DNA of 63,801 bases, filler included, from Aduncisulcus paluster (lineage: Eukaryota): NCBI GenBank assembly GCA_024181965.1. It is 8 parts of 8 records of this genome, joined end to end, with 100 filler letters (N's around TTAATTAATTAA, not from the genome) between each part and the next. Parts side by side here need not be neighbours in the genome. Positions count along the whole stretch, not along the records: positions 30,073 to 37,994 come from BQXS01009730.1; positions 38,095 to 44,867 come from BQXS01009731.1; positions 44,968 to 52,902 come from BQXS01009732.1; 5 more parts are not named here. One strand, written 5' to 3'. Shown piece after piece: positions 32,765-45,664 of the stretch. The position numbers were made by a program, and so were the translations under genes. Numbering within the stretch: the first letter of the stretch is position 1; every line of letters begins with the position of its first letter. The notes below the pieces were generated by a model. That model was not told the origin of the DNA, ran no database searches, and worked only from the letters and a program-made list of their open reading frames with translations.

Positions 32765-35700
32765 TCATTGAATCTTCTCACCAACCTTGATATTTGTCTG
32801 GCCTTTATCCAGTTTTCCTTTTAAGGCCTTATTTCCTTCCAAATATTTATCCAGAGCCTCACAATCTTCCACTGTGGGAAAATATTCCCATGTATTGTGT
32901 TCTTCTGTGTAGTTTTTCCATTTCACGAGGAATTTTATAGGTAATTTGCCCCCATGACGGTGTCTTAAGATTTTTTCAACTATGTATTCTTCCTCGTCTT
33001 TCCCATTGATGCTTATTTCCTCTTTTTCTGAAACAAATGGGTCCTCGACGTATTTAACCATTCGCCTTACTGGTATAATGTCTTCTTCACCTCCTTTTAC
33101 CGGAACAACTTTGTATTTGTTATCAGTGATTTTTTCTTTCACAATAAATGGTCCATTCAGCGGTGCTTTCTCCTTTTTACCTTGTTTCGGTTTGGATAAT
33201 AGGATTTTTTCCCCTATTTCAAATTTTTCCGGTTCTATTGCTGAGGTTTCCCTTTTATCGTCGCTCATCAATATTTTATCGCTCACAACTTCTTTATCGA
33301 GTCCTTTTAGGACCAACCCTCTCTGAATTTCCGTTGAATCCGTTTCAACCAGTTCCCCTTCTCGCAAAAACATACCATAGAAGGGCTGTACCCTCGTTAT
33401 GGAATGAATTCTTTGATTTAAGGTCTCCATCGCCAGGTCTGCTAATTTTCCCAAGTCTGGGTCATTTTCCATATTCCAAATCCGTTGAATTTTTCGGATT
33501 TCCCGATTAACCCGTTCCACGCGACCATTTGCTTCATGATCGTATGGTAATGTTGTTTTTTGTTCGATACCCTTTCCTTTTAGCCACTCTTGCATCCGTC
33601 CTCCGGTGAACTGTTTGCCCCCGTCGGAGCGTAATGTGTAAGGTTTCCCGAACATTGCAAACCACTTCCTTAGTAAAATAATCGTTTCGTCAACCGTAAC
33701 GGATTTTAAAGGAGCAATTAACGTAAATCTAGTGAAGTCATCCACTAACACGAGGAGATAGCGGAATTCTTTTTCATCCATATCGCATGGTCCAATCGTA
33801 TCGACCGAAACGCTCAGCCAGGTGCCAAAAGCACGTAAAGTCCCGTGGCCGCGGGGTTTGATGCTCTTTAATTTTTGGCATTTTAAACATTGTCGGACAA
33901 TATTCTTGGCTTTTCCTTTCAAATTTTCGATCTTAATCTCCTTTCTTTTGCAGTAGTTTTCTATCATACCACTCCCAGCATGTCCAAGTCTTTCGTGGAT
34001 GTCTCTTATCAATTTATCATCATCCTTAGGCTCGTCTTGTTCCTCTACTTCGACCAGACATGTCTCCACCGTGTCCTGGGCCCCAACTCGTGACAGGAAG
34101 TCGGCAAAACCGTTGGTTTTTCCAGGGATGTGCCGGATTTCCATATCATATGGAGCCAATTGCAGTTTCCACCTTATAAGTTTTGGTACTTCTGACTTAT
34201 ACAAGTAAATCAAGTTTTTATGATCTGTTTCTACGATAAACTTCTTTCCCATCAGTAAATACCTGTTTTTAGTTATAGCATATACTACGGCAAAGCATTC
34301 CTGTTCTATTACCGACCAGTTAGCCTCAACTTTCGAAAACTTTTTGCTGAATAGTGCTACGAGTCCTTCTTTTTCTGATCCTATTCTTTTCTGCCAGATT
34401 CCGCCTCCTATTCCTTTCGTGGAGCCGTCGGTCCTTACAATAAACGTTGCTTCTCTGCAGGGGTGTTGTAAGGTGATTCTTCTTCTAACTAGTTCCTTCA
34501 ACTCCTCTAGGGCTTTGCTCTGGGCTTCCATCCAAACAACTTTCTCTCCTTTTGTTGCCAAAAGGTCCGATATCGGGCTTGCTATCCTCGAATAATCGGG
34601 GATAAAGCTACGAATGTAATTTAAACACCCTATTAGTTTTTGAACTCCCTTTTTCGTAGTTACGGGGTGTAAATCTTCAATAGCTTCGATTCTTTCGTTT
34701 TTTATCTTCCTTCCGTCGCCCGAAACTTCAAAACCGAGATATTTCACTGTTGTTGTAGCAAAGTCAGTTTTTTCATAATTTACGATCAGGTTCGCCATCC
34801 CTAATCTATCCATTACCTCCTTTACATTTTTAATAAATTCTTTCTTCGTTTTACCCATTACTAATATATCATCCAAGTAAACATAACATCCTCGTCCAAT
34901 TATATCGCTCAATACCTTTGTCATGATCTCTTGGAAGTGGGATGGGGCTGTTTTCAGGCCAAAAGGCATTCTACTCCATAGGAATGTGCCTAATGGCGTT
35001 GAGAAAGCCAGTTTATCCTGCGAAGTTTCCTTGACTCCCACATTATAGTATCCGGACTTAAGATCGATGGCTGCGAAGTAGATATATCCCTCCAACGCTC
35101 TAAACAATTCGTCTGGGCTTGGAGTTGCATAGGATTCATTAATCGTGATTGCATTGAGTCTCCGATAGTCTATACAGAGTCGTATTTCACCAGATTTCTT
35201 ATATTGTATCGACAAAGGTGCTGAAAACCCGCTTTTACCTCTCCTAATGAATCCCTTGTGTAGTAATGTTCTTAGTTTATCTGATACCTCCTCCTGTAAA
35301 TGTATTGGTACTGGACGTGGCTTCAAATTCACCGGTTTCGAGTCCTTTTCAAGTCTTAGTTCAAATTTCTGTACTTTCGCAGGCAATGTTCTGTCTATTT
35401 GCTTTTCATACTCCTTGACAATTTCTGTGATTTCTTTTTCCATTTCTTTTATGTTACATCTTATTTTACGTCCTAACTCCTCTTCTGGTTCCTTTAAATC
35501 TGCTTCGGTTGGTATTTCCACGAAACCTTCTCCTATTTCTTTCTCCAAACTCGTGATTTGTGTTTCATACCCCCCTTGACCCAGTAGATCGTAGTTAAGG
35601 ATCGTCGATGCTCCAATAAGTATGTCTTGTTTCGTATTTTCCATTTTTCTATTGCTGAGGTTTCCCTTTTATCGTCGCTCANNNNNNNNNNNNNNNNNNN

Positions 35701-36961
35701 NACCCAGTAGATCGTAGTTAAGCATCGTCGATGCTCCAATAAGTATGTCTTGTTTCGTATTTTCCATTTTTATCACAGTAAATGTCTCTTCGAATGTGAG
35801 CTTCTCATCTTTATCCTTTACAAAGTCCACAATCAGATTTAATTCTCCTAACACCGGTGTCGTTTCTCCTGAGGCTAGCGTCGCGACTACCCCCGTGTTA
35901 TTTGAAATGAATCCGAATTCCTTCGCCAGCGATTCTGCTATTACTGATCCTGTTGCTCCCGTGTCCAGGAGTGCTTGTATTTCCTTCCCTTTATCTGTCT
36001 TTTCCCTTTTTATCGTCATAGGTCGAGTAAAGTCTGTTCCCGATCCTATCTTATGAATAAACAAATAAGAATTGGTCCCTTTACTGTTCAGAACCTCCTT
36101 TTCTTTACAAAACTTCGCGAAATGTCCCCTTTTTTCACATTTCCGACAGATAATGGAGGGATAGTACCTATTGTACTTCGGATCCTTACTGGGAATCCAC
36201 CTTGCTCCTCTTGTTGGTTTCTTTTCCTTTTCTTTCAACTGAGAACCACCAAATCTTCTCTTACCGGTCCTATGCCAGTAATTTGCTTCCACATGTCCTG
36301 TTTTGCCGCAGAGTCTGCAGACTGGTTTCCCTTGACGCCGCTGGTGCCCTTGTGTGTCTGTACCATGTTTTTCTTTCTCCAAAGCTTCGTGCGTCCTTTC
36401 AGACTCTATGATTTTCTTCAATTCTACGATGGCGATCCCAATTAAGCTTCCCAGCGTCGTGACATCGGACATTTGAGCTCGGACACATTCCTTTAATCGT
36501 CCTGTAAATAAACCTTCAACGAAATGGTCCCCAATAGACTTTTCTTCACCCAACTTCGGAACTCTGTTCCGTACTCCCTTAAATTCCTTCGTGTACGTCA
36601 ATAAAGCGTTTATCGACAGTTCCTTTCTCATACGAATCCTCCGTAACTCATCGTACAAATCGATCGTCGTACTAGCTCCGAAAATCTTGTCTACCGCTGT
36701 TCGAGCTGTTTTCCTGGTTGCTGTTGTCCTGAAATCTGGGACCTTTGATAAGTCCTTAATGATGTCCAGGACAGTCACGTCCACCAATTCTGGCCATTTT
36801 TTGTGACCACCCAAACTAGTGTAATGTTCGTGATCTGCCATAAAGTCTATCCAAGTCTCACTTGTTAGCTCTTCTAACCGCGGCATCGCTGGAGCAGCTT
36901 CCGTTGTTAATACGGTCTTGCTAGAGCTAGGAGCGTCCTTCTTAGTCTCCTTTTGCGTCAT
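32765..36961 (-). CDS. Gag-Pol polyprotein (~1,360 aa when the gap overlap is collapsed)
   Basis: Zn knuckles CRLCGKTGHVEANY (degenerate) and CRKCEKRGHFAKFC; protease LLDTGA; RT YLDDIL; RNase H TDGS/ETDHKNL/ADFLSR; integrase HERLGH..CLKC plus D-D-E; GPF motif; chromodomain EYIVEKIL..FLVKWKNY..NTWE. The halves overlap in MENTKQDILIGAST across gap 35682-35701. Confidence 0.9.
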
Positions 36962-36975
36962 TCTAATAATATTAT

Positions 36976-37053
36976 TGTTTGACGTTAGCAATTTATTCAA
37001 TAAATGTGATCGGAGTGATCAAGGTTCTATAAATAGATAGCTGAGAAGTTACA
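36976..37053 (-). repeat. 5' LTR (78 bp)
   Basis: Identical to 30508-30585; the gag ATG lies 14 nt downstream, at 36961. Confidence 0.95.
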
Positions 37054-37813
37054 TCCTGCTCCAGGGTGCACCAATGTTTTTCTTGTTCTGTGAATTTCTT
37101 AGCGAAGAAAAGAATGGGGACTTCCTTTCCATTCTTGATCATTATGAGTGCTCCACCCAGTCCCTGGTTCGAAGCATCAGTCCTAAGGATTAAAGGACAG
37201 TCTGGATTGTAATGGAACAGTTCCCTATTTCCTTCCAAGCTCAGAACGATTCTCTTCCAGGCATCCTTCTGTAATTTTCCCCATGTTAGATCTCCTTTTT
37301 CCTTGAGTAGATCACTTATTGGCTGAGTTAATTCGACGTATCTTGGAATAAAATCTCTCAAATAATTTAGAGTGCCCATCATTCGACGAACCCCCTTCTT
37401 TGTTCTTGGTGGTTGTATCTGGTTCAAAGCCTCCAATCTTTTTGTCGATATTTTCCTTCCTTTGGAGTCCCTTTGCTTTCATTCTAACCAAAATACTTCG
37501 ATTAGCCTCCAGAAGCTCCCCGTTTGCTAATTCTAGCGTTACAGAGATCTTCTTTTCCTTCTTAATAAATCTCTTGTCCATCTTCGACTGTTTCAACAGA
37601 CTATGTTCAGCCCCTGAGTCCAGCATAACCTTTGATAGGCTCTTCATATCCATCCGGTGTCAAAAACATCATATACTCAACGGGGGCTTTACTGGACACA
37701 CCAGCCATCTTTGCTTTTGTGGTGACCATTCTCAGGGACATTCTAAAAATAGATTGGTTCGCTCGAGATCTGTTTATTAATAAATTGGACCGCATTATAG
37801 TTAGTTTGGCCAC
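37054..37813 (-). mobile_element. Outer Ty3/Gypsy element, degenerate: protease joined to RT-thumb/RNase H, RT core deleted
   Basis: MLDSGAEHSLL (protease) is followed after a frameshift by PPRTKKGVRRMMGTLNYLRDFIP..LRTDASNQGLGG..EKHWCTLEQ; no YxDD region. Confidence 0.85.
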
Positions 37814-38094
37814 ATTTTGATCAAAATCATATCAAACTACCTTTACTATATAATTGACGCCAAAATTTTTCTGTTAAAATGGTACAAACAAGAAGCCAAT
37901 TGAAAAACGCCAATATTGATAATAATGATGAAGAATTTGAAATTGTTGGTGATTTACAAACTGAACGCCATGATAGTGATGCCAGTCATGGTGANNNNNN
38001 NNNNNNNNNNNNNNNNNNNNNNNNNNNNNNNNNNNNNNTTAATTAATTAANNNNNNNNNNNNNNNNNNNNNNNNNNNNNNNNNNNNNNNNNNNN

Positions 38095-39439
38095 GACAGT
38101 TCCCTTGACAAAGAGTCCATCTGGGCTTGTTTCAACTCAAGCTGCTTCTCAAACTCTTCGTTCTCTTGAATTCGAAGTGTCTTCTCGGCCTCAAGCTCAG
38201 CCTTTGTGTGCGATAATTCTTTCTTTGTTGCATCAAGATCATCTCTCAAAGCACTCAGAGTCTGTTTGGTGGAAGAGATGAAATCACTCAACAATTCATT
38301 GATCTCAACTCGTCGCTCTTCTTTCACTTCTGCAGCTCGTCTGGCTTCACCTTCAACACGAAGTTTCTCAATCTTGAAACGTTTCTCTTCAGCTTTCAGC
38401 TTCTCCATTTCCTTATCGATAACAAATTGAATGGCATGTAATTGTACTTTTGGTTGTTTATCATCTCCATCTGAAGAGAGGACTTCAAGATAACATGCTT
38501 TAATTGGAACAGAAATTTCAACAATGAACTTTTGCCAGAAGTAATCATCTGGAGGAATCGATAAATCTCTTACAAATTCTTTAGCATGCAACTTTTTATC
38601 AACAGAAGTAAAATGCATTATGAACCTCTTTATCCCACTTGGAATATTCCGACTACTTATATAGAAGTGGCTGATAATATGTGGTTTATCAAAAATAATT
38701 CGTAGATTAACTTCTCCCAGATCAGGAGTTAATGATAAACTTGTCTTGCCCTGAAAGAACTTCACTAATTTGCTCTGGCTATACCCTTCTGTCGATTCAA
38801 CTCGAGAGCTGACAATATCACAAAGGGGATAATCATCAAGAAAGGGTGCAAAATAATACTTTTCTGAGGGATCACATATGAAAGACTCAAAAGGAAATAA
38901 GTGTTTGTTTGAAGAATCAAGTGAATGTAACATGTGCTCTCTCATAACACATTTCTCAGAAATTATAGAAAACATTTCCTTCACTCCTTCTCCAGTTAAG
39001 GCACTTGTCTCAAAATACAAAATGTTCTTTTCAGTTGCAAATGCCTCAGCAGTCGATTTATCAACTTTTCGAGATTCAACAGCACAATCCAGTTTGTTTC
39101 CAACAAATGCTACGATTGGATTTTTCAGTGCCTCCTTCATTACAAACTCAAATATTTTCTTTGTGTATTCAAAAGATTCTGTAATATCAAACACAATAAT
39201 CACAACAGAAGCATCCCTTACATACATACGAGTCAACACTGGATATTCCCTCTGATAAGAAGTATCCCAAATTGCAAATTTTGCAGGGCGACGTGAATAT
39301 TCACCGTTTTTGGAAAAAAGTCCGCGCCAATAGTTGTCTCTGTTCCTGCATAATAGTCATTTTCGATATACCGTCGAATCAAACATGTTTTTCCCCCACC
39401 ACTGTCTCCTATAAAAACTATTCTGTAAAGATCATCCAT
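38095..39439 (-). pseudogene. Rab-like GTPase fused to beta-rich domain and coiled coil; 1-nt frameshift near 39291; 3' partial
   Basis: GDSGGGKT and TIGADF, then in another frame IWDTSYQ, VGNKLD and YFETSALTGEGV; C-terminal extension of more than 280 aa. Confidence 0.7.
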
Positions 39440-39960
39440 TTTTAATAGTTATGAATTCTTTATAGCTTTAGATACAGCAAAAAGTGACAAACTCCTCTAA
39501 CCCAGGCAACGACATCTATTTAGGAATCTATTCCTCCTAAAAAATATTATATCTTAATATTATGTATTTATATTATTTTTGAAGTATATAAAATCCATTA
39601 TATGACGAAGACAAAAAAGATCGAGCCAAAATCATCCTTTTGGCTTCCATATTGGGGATATAGAACTTATAATATGGCATTATAAATATTTTATTGTTAT
39701 ATCTTTGCTTATTTTTTATGAACTTGGTGTATTTTATAGATATTTGAATCTTATTGAATAAGACTTAATCTCAGCATAATATGCCGAATGATCAGCCGTA
39801 CTTTTAGTCATTCTTGTCGTTCTATCACTTTTGTAAACCTGAATGTTGATAATAAGATCACTGGACTCAAAAGCACCACAGAATCTATCAAGAATCAATA
39901 CTATTTTCACCGATTTCTCCAAGAATTTATTGATTGATCAAAAAAGATGATTTTATATCT

Positions 39961-42900
39961 TCAACTCCTCAGAGCCTGTGCAAATTTATGCATAATATCG
40001 ATGACAGCGGGGAACAAAGCACTAACACTGGTCTGAATGATCTCACTGAAGTGTTTCATTGCCTCGTCTTCGCTCAAATCTAATCGGAACGTATCATGAA
40101 GCGCTGGAAAAGGTGGTGAACAAGCAGCTTCTTCATCAAACGTCTGGATTCGTTCGCCGACCATCATCTTGAATAAATTGAAGAATAAGTTTGCATGTCG
40201 CCTCAATATCAGGTATGATTCACACGAAAGCTCCTTGAATTGCTTATATCCATCACTGAATGGACCACCCATGGCTTCTACCATTGCTTTCGAGAGCTTC
40301 ATAGCGGGAGCAAAAGCTTTCGGATCTCTTCCAAGCATATACCCGAAATCAATGTGGAACATATTACCATTGGGCTGAACAAGGATATTCTCGAGATGAC
40401 GATCCCCGACACCAAGGAGATAGGTCAGAACAGAACCACCAACACAGGTCTTGACGAAGTTGTCAACACAACGTCGCTCATAACCAGCGAAAAGAGAGGA
40501 AGCCATAGCGCTGGGCAACGAAGGGTCAGATTTCTCAGAAAGTCCCGAAATAGAACCTTGACCTCCTCCGANNNNNNNNNNNNNNNNNNNNCTTCATAGC
40601 GGGAGCAAAAGCTTTCGGATCTCTTCCAAGCATATACCCGAAATCAATGTGGAACATATTACCATTGGGCTGCACAAGGATATTCTCGAGATGACGATCC
40701 CCGACACCAAGGAGATAGGTCAGAACAGAACCACCAACACAGGTCTTGACGAAGTTGTCAACACAACGTCGCTCATAACCAGCGAAAAGAGAGGAAGCCA
40801 TAGCGCTGGGCAACGAAGGGTCAGATTTCTCAGAAAGTCCCGAAATAGAACCTTGACCTCCTCCGATTTTCGATTTATCTGATTGCTGCTCTTCTTGCTC
40901 CTTTGCTTCCTCTTTCTGTTTCCACTCGAATATCCAATAATCCCTGATTGATTTGTGAGAACCCAGAAGCTCTTGGAGATCGATAGAAGGACGAATGACT
41001 TGAACAATGCCGGAAATTGGACTTAGAGCCAACGTATTGATTTTGATCATATTGAGTTGAATGTGCTCTCTGCGGAGGATAGCTCCCATAATATTCTTCA
41101 TTTGAGCCACCATTTGATCCTGGCGAACATCATCATCATATTTGAACAGAACATATGAAGTGAAGATATATTTCGAAGGAATAGTCACAACTTCTTCCCA
41201 TTCTTCATCACTACAACACTCATCATCATCTGCAAACTCATCACAATCATGCTCGGAGGAGGATGAAGATCCAGAAATAGTACGTGAGAAAGAGTGTTTC
41301 TCTTTGATGTTAGATGTTGATAGATGAGAATCATCACCATCGAGTCCAAGATCATCGAGAATGTCATCATCGAGATCAAGAGCATCCTTCACAATAGATG
41401 AGGGCTGAGGTAAGGAATGATCTTGATCACCATTGCCACGACCAACATCCCTAGACTCAGGAACATCCTTCTCCTCGTCCTCAAATCCAACAAACCCTGC
41501 AGCAGAAAGAGAGGAGGAAGAAGAACTTGGGAGATCTGTGGAATATGGAGAAGAGAGTAACAGAGATTGCGTCCGATCTTTCTTTGTGCCAAGAGTAGAG
41601 TCAATATCGGAACCGAATGAAGTGTAAGAAACGGACTTGGAAGCCCATTTACGGCCAATAGATGACTCTTCCTGTTTTTTCTTTTGTATAGAGTCAAACA
41701 AATCGTCCATCATTGCGTTTCTCTTGGTTTCACTTGTATATTCTTTCCCTTTTCCCCTCAAACCCGACTCTTTCTTCCTTCGTTCACGTCTGCCTTTTTC
41801 CTGAATATTCTTTGAACTCACACACACAAGCGGGAACAAAAGTGGACATTTAGCACTCTTGAATACATAACACTCATCAGAATCGATATCCAACACCCGT
41901 AGAGATGGCAAGAGAGGATGTGGAATGGTTAAATGGGGTAGAAATGTGACATATTCATTGTCCTCAGTGTCATGCGATTCCCCTGAAGATGACATCACTG
42001 AAGAAGGGAAAGACACAGAGTTAAATGGTGTAGATATCGAAGAAGAGGAGGAGGAAGACGTGGAAGGTGCTTGTGAAGAGGCGAGGGATGTTCCAAGTGT
42101 ATTTTGATCAGTATTTTGCAGTGAAACATCTCTATGATGGGTAAGCTTTGGAATGGTTTCTTTCACTTTGTAGAGAGAAGCTGATGGAGAGGATGAAACC
42201 CCGCTCGTAGCTTTCGAAAGAGCAGAGGAAGAGAGAGGAGGATTAGCATCGGCTTGAACCGTTTGTATATCCTCTTCTTGACCTATACACTCCACAGTAA
42301 CAGAAGTAACATCCAAACCGTGTACGGATTCTCCTTCCTCGTGTTCTTGATCTTTTGGGATATCAGTGGCATCATGGGCATCTTGTTCAGACACCGATGT
42401 GGGAGATACTGTCATATGGGAAGACAGCCGAGAAGGCATTGTTGTTGATGATAGAGGAAGAGCTGTTTTACCACTAAAAATAATATCAGAGTTATTCGTT
42501 GTCGCCTGTTGAATCGAACTCTTCGTCTTCTTTTGTTTCTTTTTCGTATCTGGTTTGTGTCGAATAAATTGACACTCTTTAACACAAGCACAGACATTGC
42601 CGACTTCTTTCTTCATTTGAGAGAGCTTTTCGAGACGAGGTAGTTCAGAAGAAGCTAGAGATGCAGCCATTGATGACATTGAAGACAGTAAATGTTGCTG
42701 TCGTTTTAGTTCCTCACATCTGGGCGGATCAATGGATGTCACACGGGAATAGAACTCACTTTCAAGGGAAGAGAAGAACAAGGAAAGAGGAGAGAAGAGG
42801 GAATGGGAAGTATAATTGGCACCATGTATGGCACCCGAATGAATGTTTGTTGAAGGGTTTGAGCCAAAAGATGCATTTTTACCAGTGATATCGGGCAAAT

Positions 42901-44867
42901 TAATTCCTTGAGAATGCTGGGCAGTGGTAGGCACACCTGCCATGGATGAAGATGCCACCCGAGGCTGAATAGATTGAGTGCTAGCAGAAGTATAACCCTG
43001 CCGAGTGAGAATAGAATTATCAGCGACCGACCATGCAGACTCTGGTCCCGATGTCTCCCATGACCCTGCACGGCTCCAGAGTTTCTTCTCACAGACAATA
43101 TGGATAATGAATAAATAATCGAGTAGTTTGGATTTGGCACACCTAGATAACAACAAACTTGGAAGATTAGTATGTTTAGGGGTAAAGGGGAAAGAATTGG
43201 AAGATCGGGCTTGGTGTAACAGCGAGGAAAGTTTGTCAGAATGAGAGACAATCAAGGGTTGTGAGTGATCTCGGTTGTAACCGGTAGAAGTACCGGCCAA
43301 CGAACCCATGAGTCTCTCTTCCTGAACACTGGTTACATTTGACCCCATAATAGCATTCCTTGTCCTCATTCTTGAAGGAGACCCTATCGTATGACTCCAA
43401 GGGTGTCTCTGACGTGTCGTTGTCGTCGAGAATCCTAACTGTGCTCCAGAGGCTGTGATACTGCTAGAAGAACCATCTCCACTCCTTGACTTTCGATGTC
43501 TTCTCCCTCCTGTTGTACTCACAGTCCTGGATGACCCTGCAGGAAGGAAAGGAGGCACCGAGAACATGAACCCGTTATCTGTCTTCCCAATAGGACCTGA
43601 CGACAAGGATGACAGAGAGTGGGGAAGGGAAAGAGGAGAAGGAGGAAGACCAGGTTGCACATGGGAAACAGGCAGAGAACCTTTACGCAAGGAGTACTGA
43701 GCAATGTTGGAGGGATCGGGGACACTCTTGCTTTGAATGCCTTCACTTTCACCAAACTCATCCTCATTCTGGCTTGAGACATCCTTATCGGTACCAATAC
43801 CGGGCTCATCTTTCACATCGGAGGATCGGAGTTCAAGCCCAGTCCCGTCCGATTCATTAAATGCTCTTTCAATCCTTTCTTCCTCCTCCACAGCTCCATT
43901 TCCGGGTTGGGATTTAGAAGTTGGAAGTGCTTGCTCTTGCTGATGTTCTGAAGAGTATGAACCAACTGAAGATGTCTCTTGATCGTGTGATGATACGTAT
44001 CTCTTGGCTCCACTTGCCATGTGTCTAAGAAATCCACCCTCAGAAGTTCCAATGGATCTATTGATTGGATTCCTTGTTGAATCCCTTGATCCTTCGACAT
44101 GTTGATGTTGACTATAGTCTCCTTCCTGATCATCTCTCTCTCTACCGGTTCCAGTGACGATTGCTCCATCCTTGTTGCTTTCTGAGGCACCAACAACATC
44201 GTGGATATCTTCATCATCAACTATAAGAGATCCATCGGTGTCATTCGGCCAGACGGCAGACATGCTGAAATCATCGGCCCCACCGGTCCCATATGAGAAA
44301 TCGCTATATTTAGAAGGCTCATCCAATTGAAGGAATGACGAATGGTGAAACGATGTCAGAGACTGAGGAGATTGAGGCAAAGGGGGCAGTGGATGAGAGG
44401 CTTCACGCATTTCTCTCTCTCTCCTCCTTTCTTGCTCTCTCTTTGTCCTAACCTTCTCTTCTTTCCGCCTCTGATTGTCTCCGTGCCACATGGCTTGATG
44501 GTAGCGGCACACACAGACCAATTGAGGTAAATATGAACTTAGTTCAGAGTCTCGGCAGTGTTCAAGGGCAAACAGGACAAGGTACATCACCCATCTTGTC
44601 GAAGGAGTAGAGGAAGAGGAAGAAGAAGAGGAAGAAGAAGCAGAGGAAGAGGAAGGCAATGTCGATGCAGGCTGGGGTTGTTCAGAATCTGAAGTGGTCG
44701 ATATAATACTTCTTGCTGATGTCGTGACATCATCTTTGTTTTGTGTCTTATTCCAGCCTTGTGCAGTCTTTTGGTCTTTCCTATCAGTGCTTATGTTCAA
44801 CCCATGTCCAATTTTCTTCATCCACTCGAGTCCAAGCAACTCAAGGAGCCACGAGATTGAAGGAAGT
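39961..44867 (-). CDS. VPS34: Class III PI3-kinase Vps34-like, 5' partial, with long low-complexity inserts
   Basis: YLPQLV, VFKSAKCP, FKYDDDVRQDQ, TYLLGVGDRHLENIL, FHIDFGYMLGRDPK and C-terminal MHKFAQALRS. 40297-40571 is duplicated at 40592-40866 around the gap. Confidence 0.85.
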
Positions 44868-44967
44868 NNNNNNNNNNNNNNNNNNNNNNNNNNNNNNNNN
44901 NNNNNNNNNNNTTAATTAATTAANNNNNNNNNNNNNNNNNNNNNNNNNNNNNNNNNNNNNNNNNNNN

Positions 44968-45368
44968 GTCCTCCCTTCTCTGTCCAATTCTGGAGTGTCC
45001 TCCGACCCATCATGCTGTGGTGGAGGATTCTCTTTTCGCCAGATCTCATGAAAGACCGACAAAATGAATTTTCGAGATGAATTGTTGGGCAAGGCAGCTA
45101 CCATGTCCGACCTTTCAGTATCAGGGATTAAGGTACTACCCGTGATTTTTGTCGCCACCTGTTTGCACAGAGTCGCCCCAGGTTTTGGGAAATTCACAGT
45201 TCCCGAAGAAACAGTATGGGATTGAGAACTACATGAATCACTATCACCCAAAAGGATATTCAAGTGATCCATGTTGGTAAATCCCAACTCTGTAAACCAT
45301 TCCTTCAGCATTTCGACCGTTACTCCATAATCAATCAGTTTTTGAGCAACTTCTTCGACTTCCAGCAT
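44968..45368 (-). CDS. Hypothetical protein, 3' partial
   Basis: ATG-initiated ORF running into the spacer; no family recognised. Confidence 0.45.
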
Positions 45369-45446
45369 GTTTGTTAATAAATAACCGCAATGTTATTCCA
45401 AACAATTAGAATTCAGTAATTATGGAAATGGAAAATTTGTCCACGT

Positions 45447-45468
45447 CACACACACACACACACACACA
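45447..45468 (+). repeat. (CA)n microsatellite
   Basis: About 11 CA units. Confidence 0.85.
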
Positions 45469-45664
45469 ATGGACATATTTGAGAACAACATATGCATTAA
45501 ACATTGTTTTTGGATGGATAGTTCTTCATTCGTTCTAAATTTAGATCTTCTTGTACAATCTGAACTTCAGCCAATCAATTTCAGAGATAAATTTTCTCTT
45601 TGATAATGATCTTCTATCGTTTTACCGACCTGTATGATTTCTTTCCAGGCATAAGAGTTCATAT

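Larger units (their letters stand above)
30508..37053 (-). mobile_element. Full-length Ty3/Gypsy (chromovirus-like) LTR retrotransposon with 78-bp LTRs
   Basis: Identical TG...CA repeats at 30508-30585 and 36976-37053, TCCTG duplication at 30503-30507 and 37054-37058, a PPT, and gag-PR-RT-RH-IN-chromodomain order. Confidence 0.95.

Noticed and set aside
37879-37994. Start of another gene or gag (MVQTRSQ...)
   Set aside because: Only 38 codons before the contig end; it cannot be assigned.
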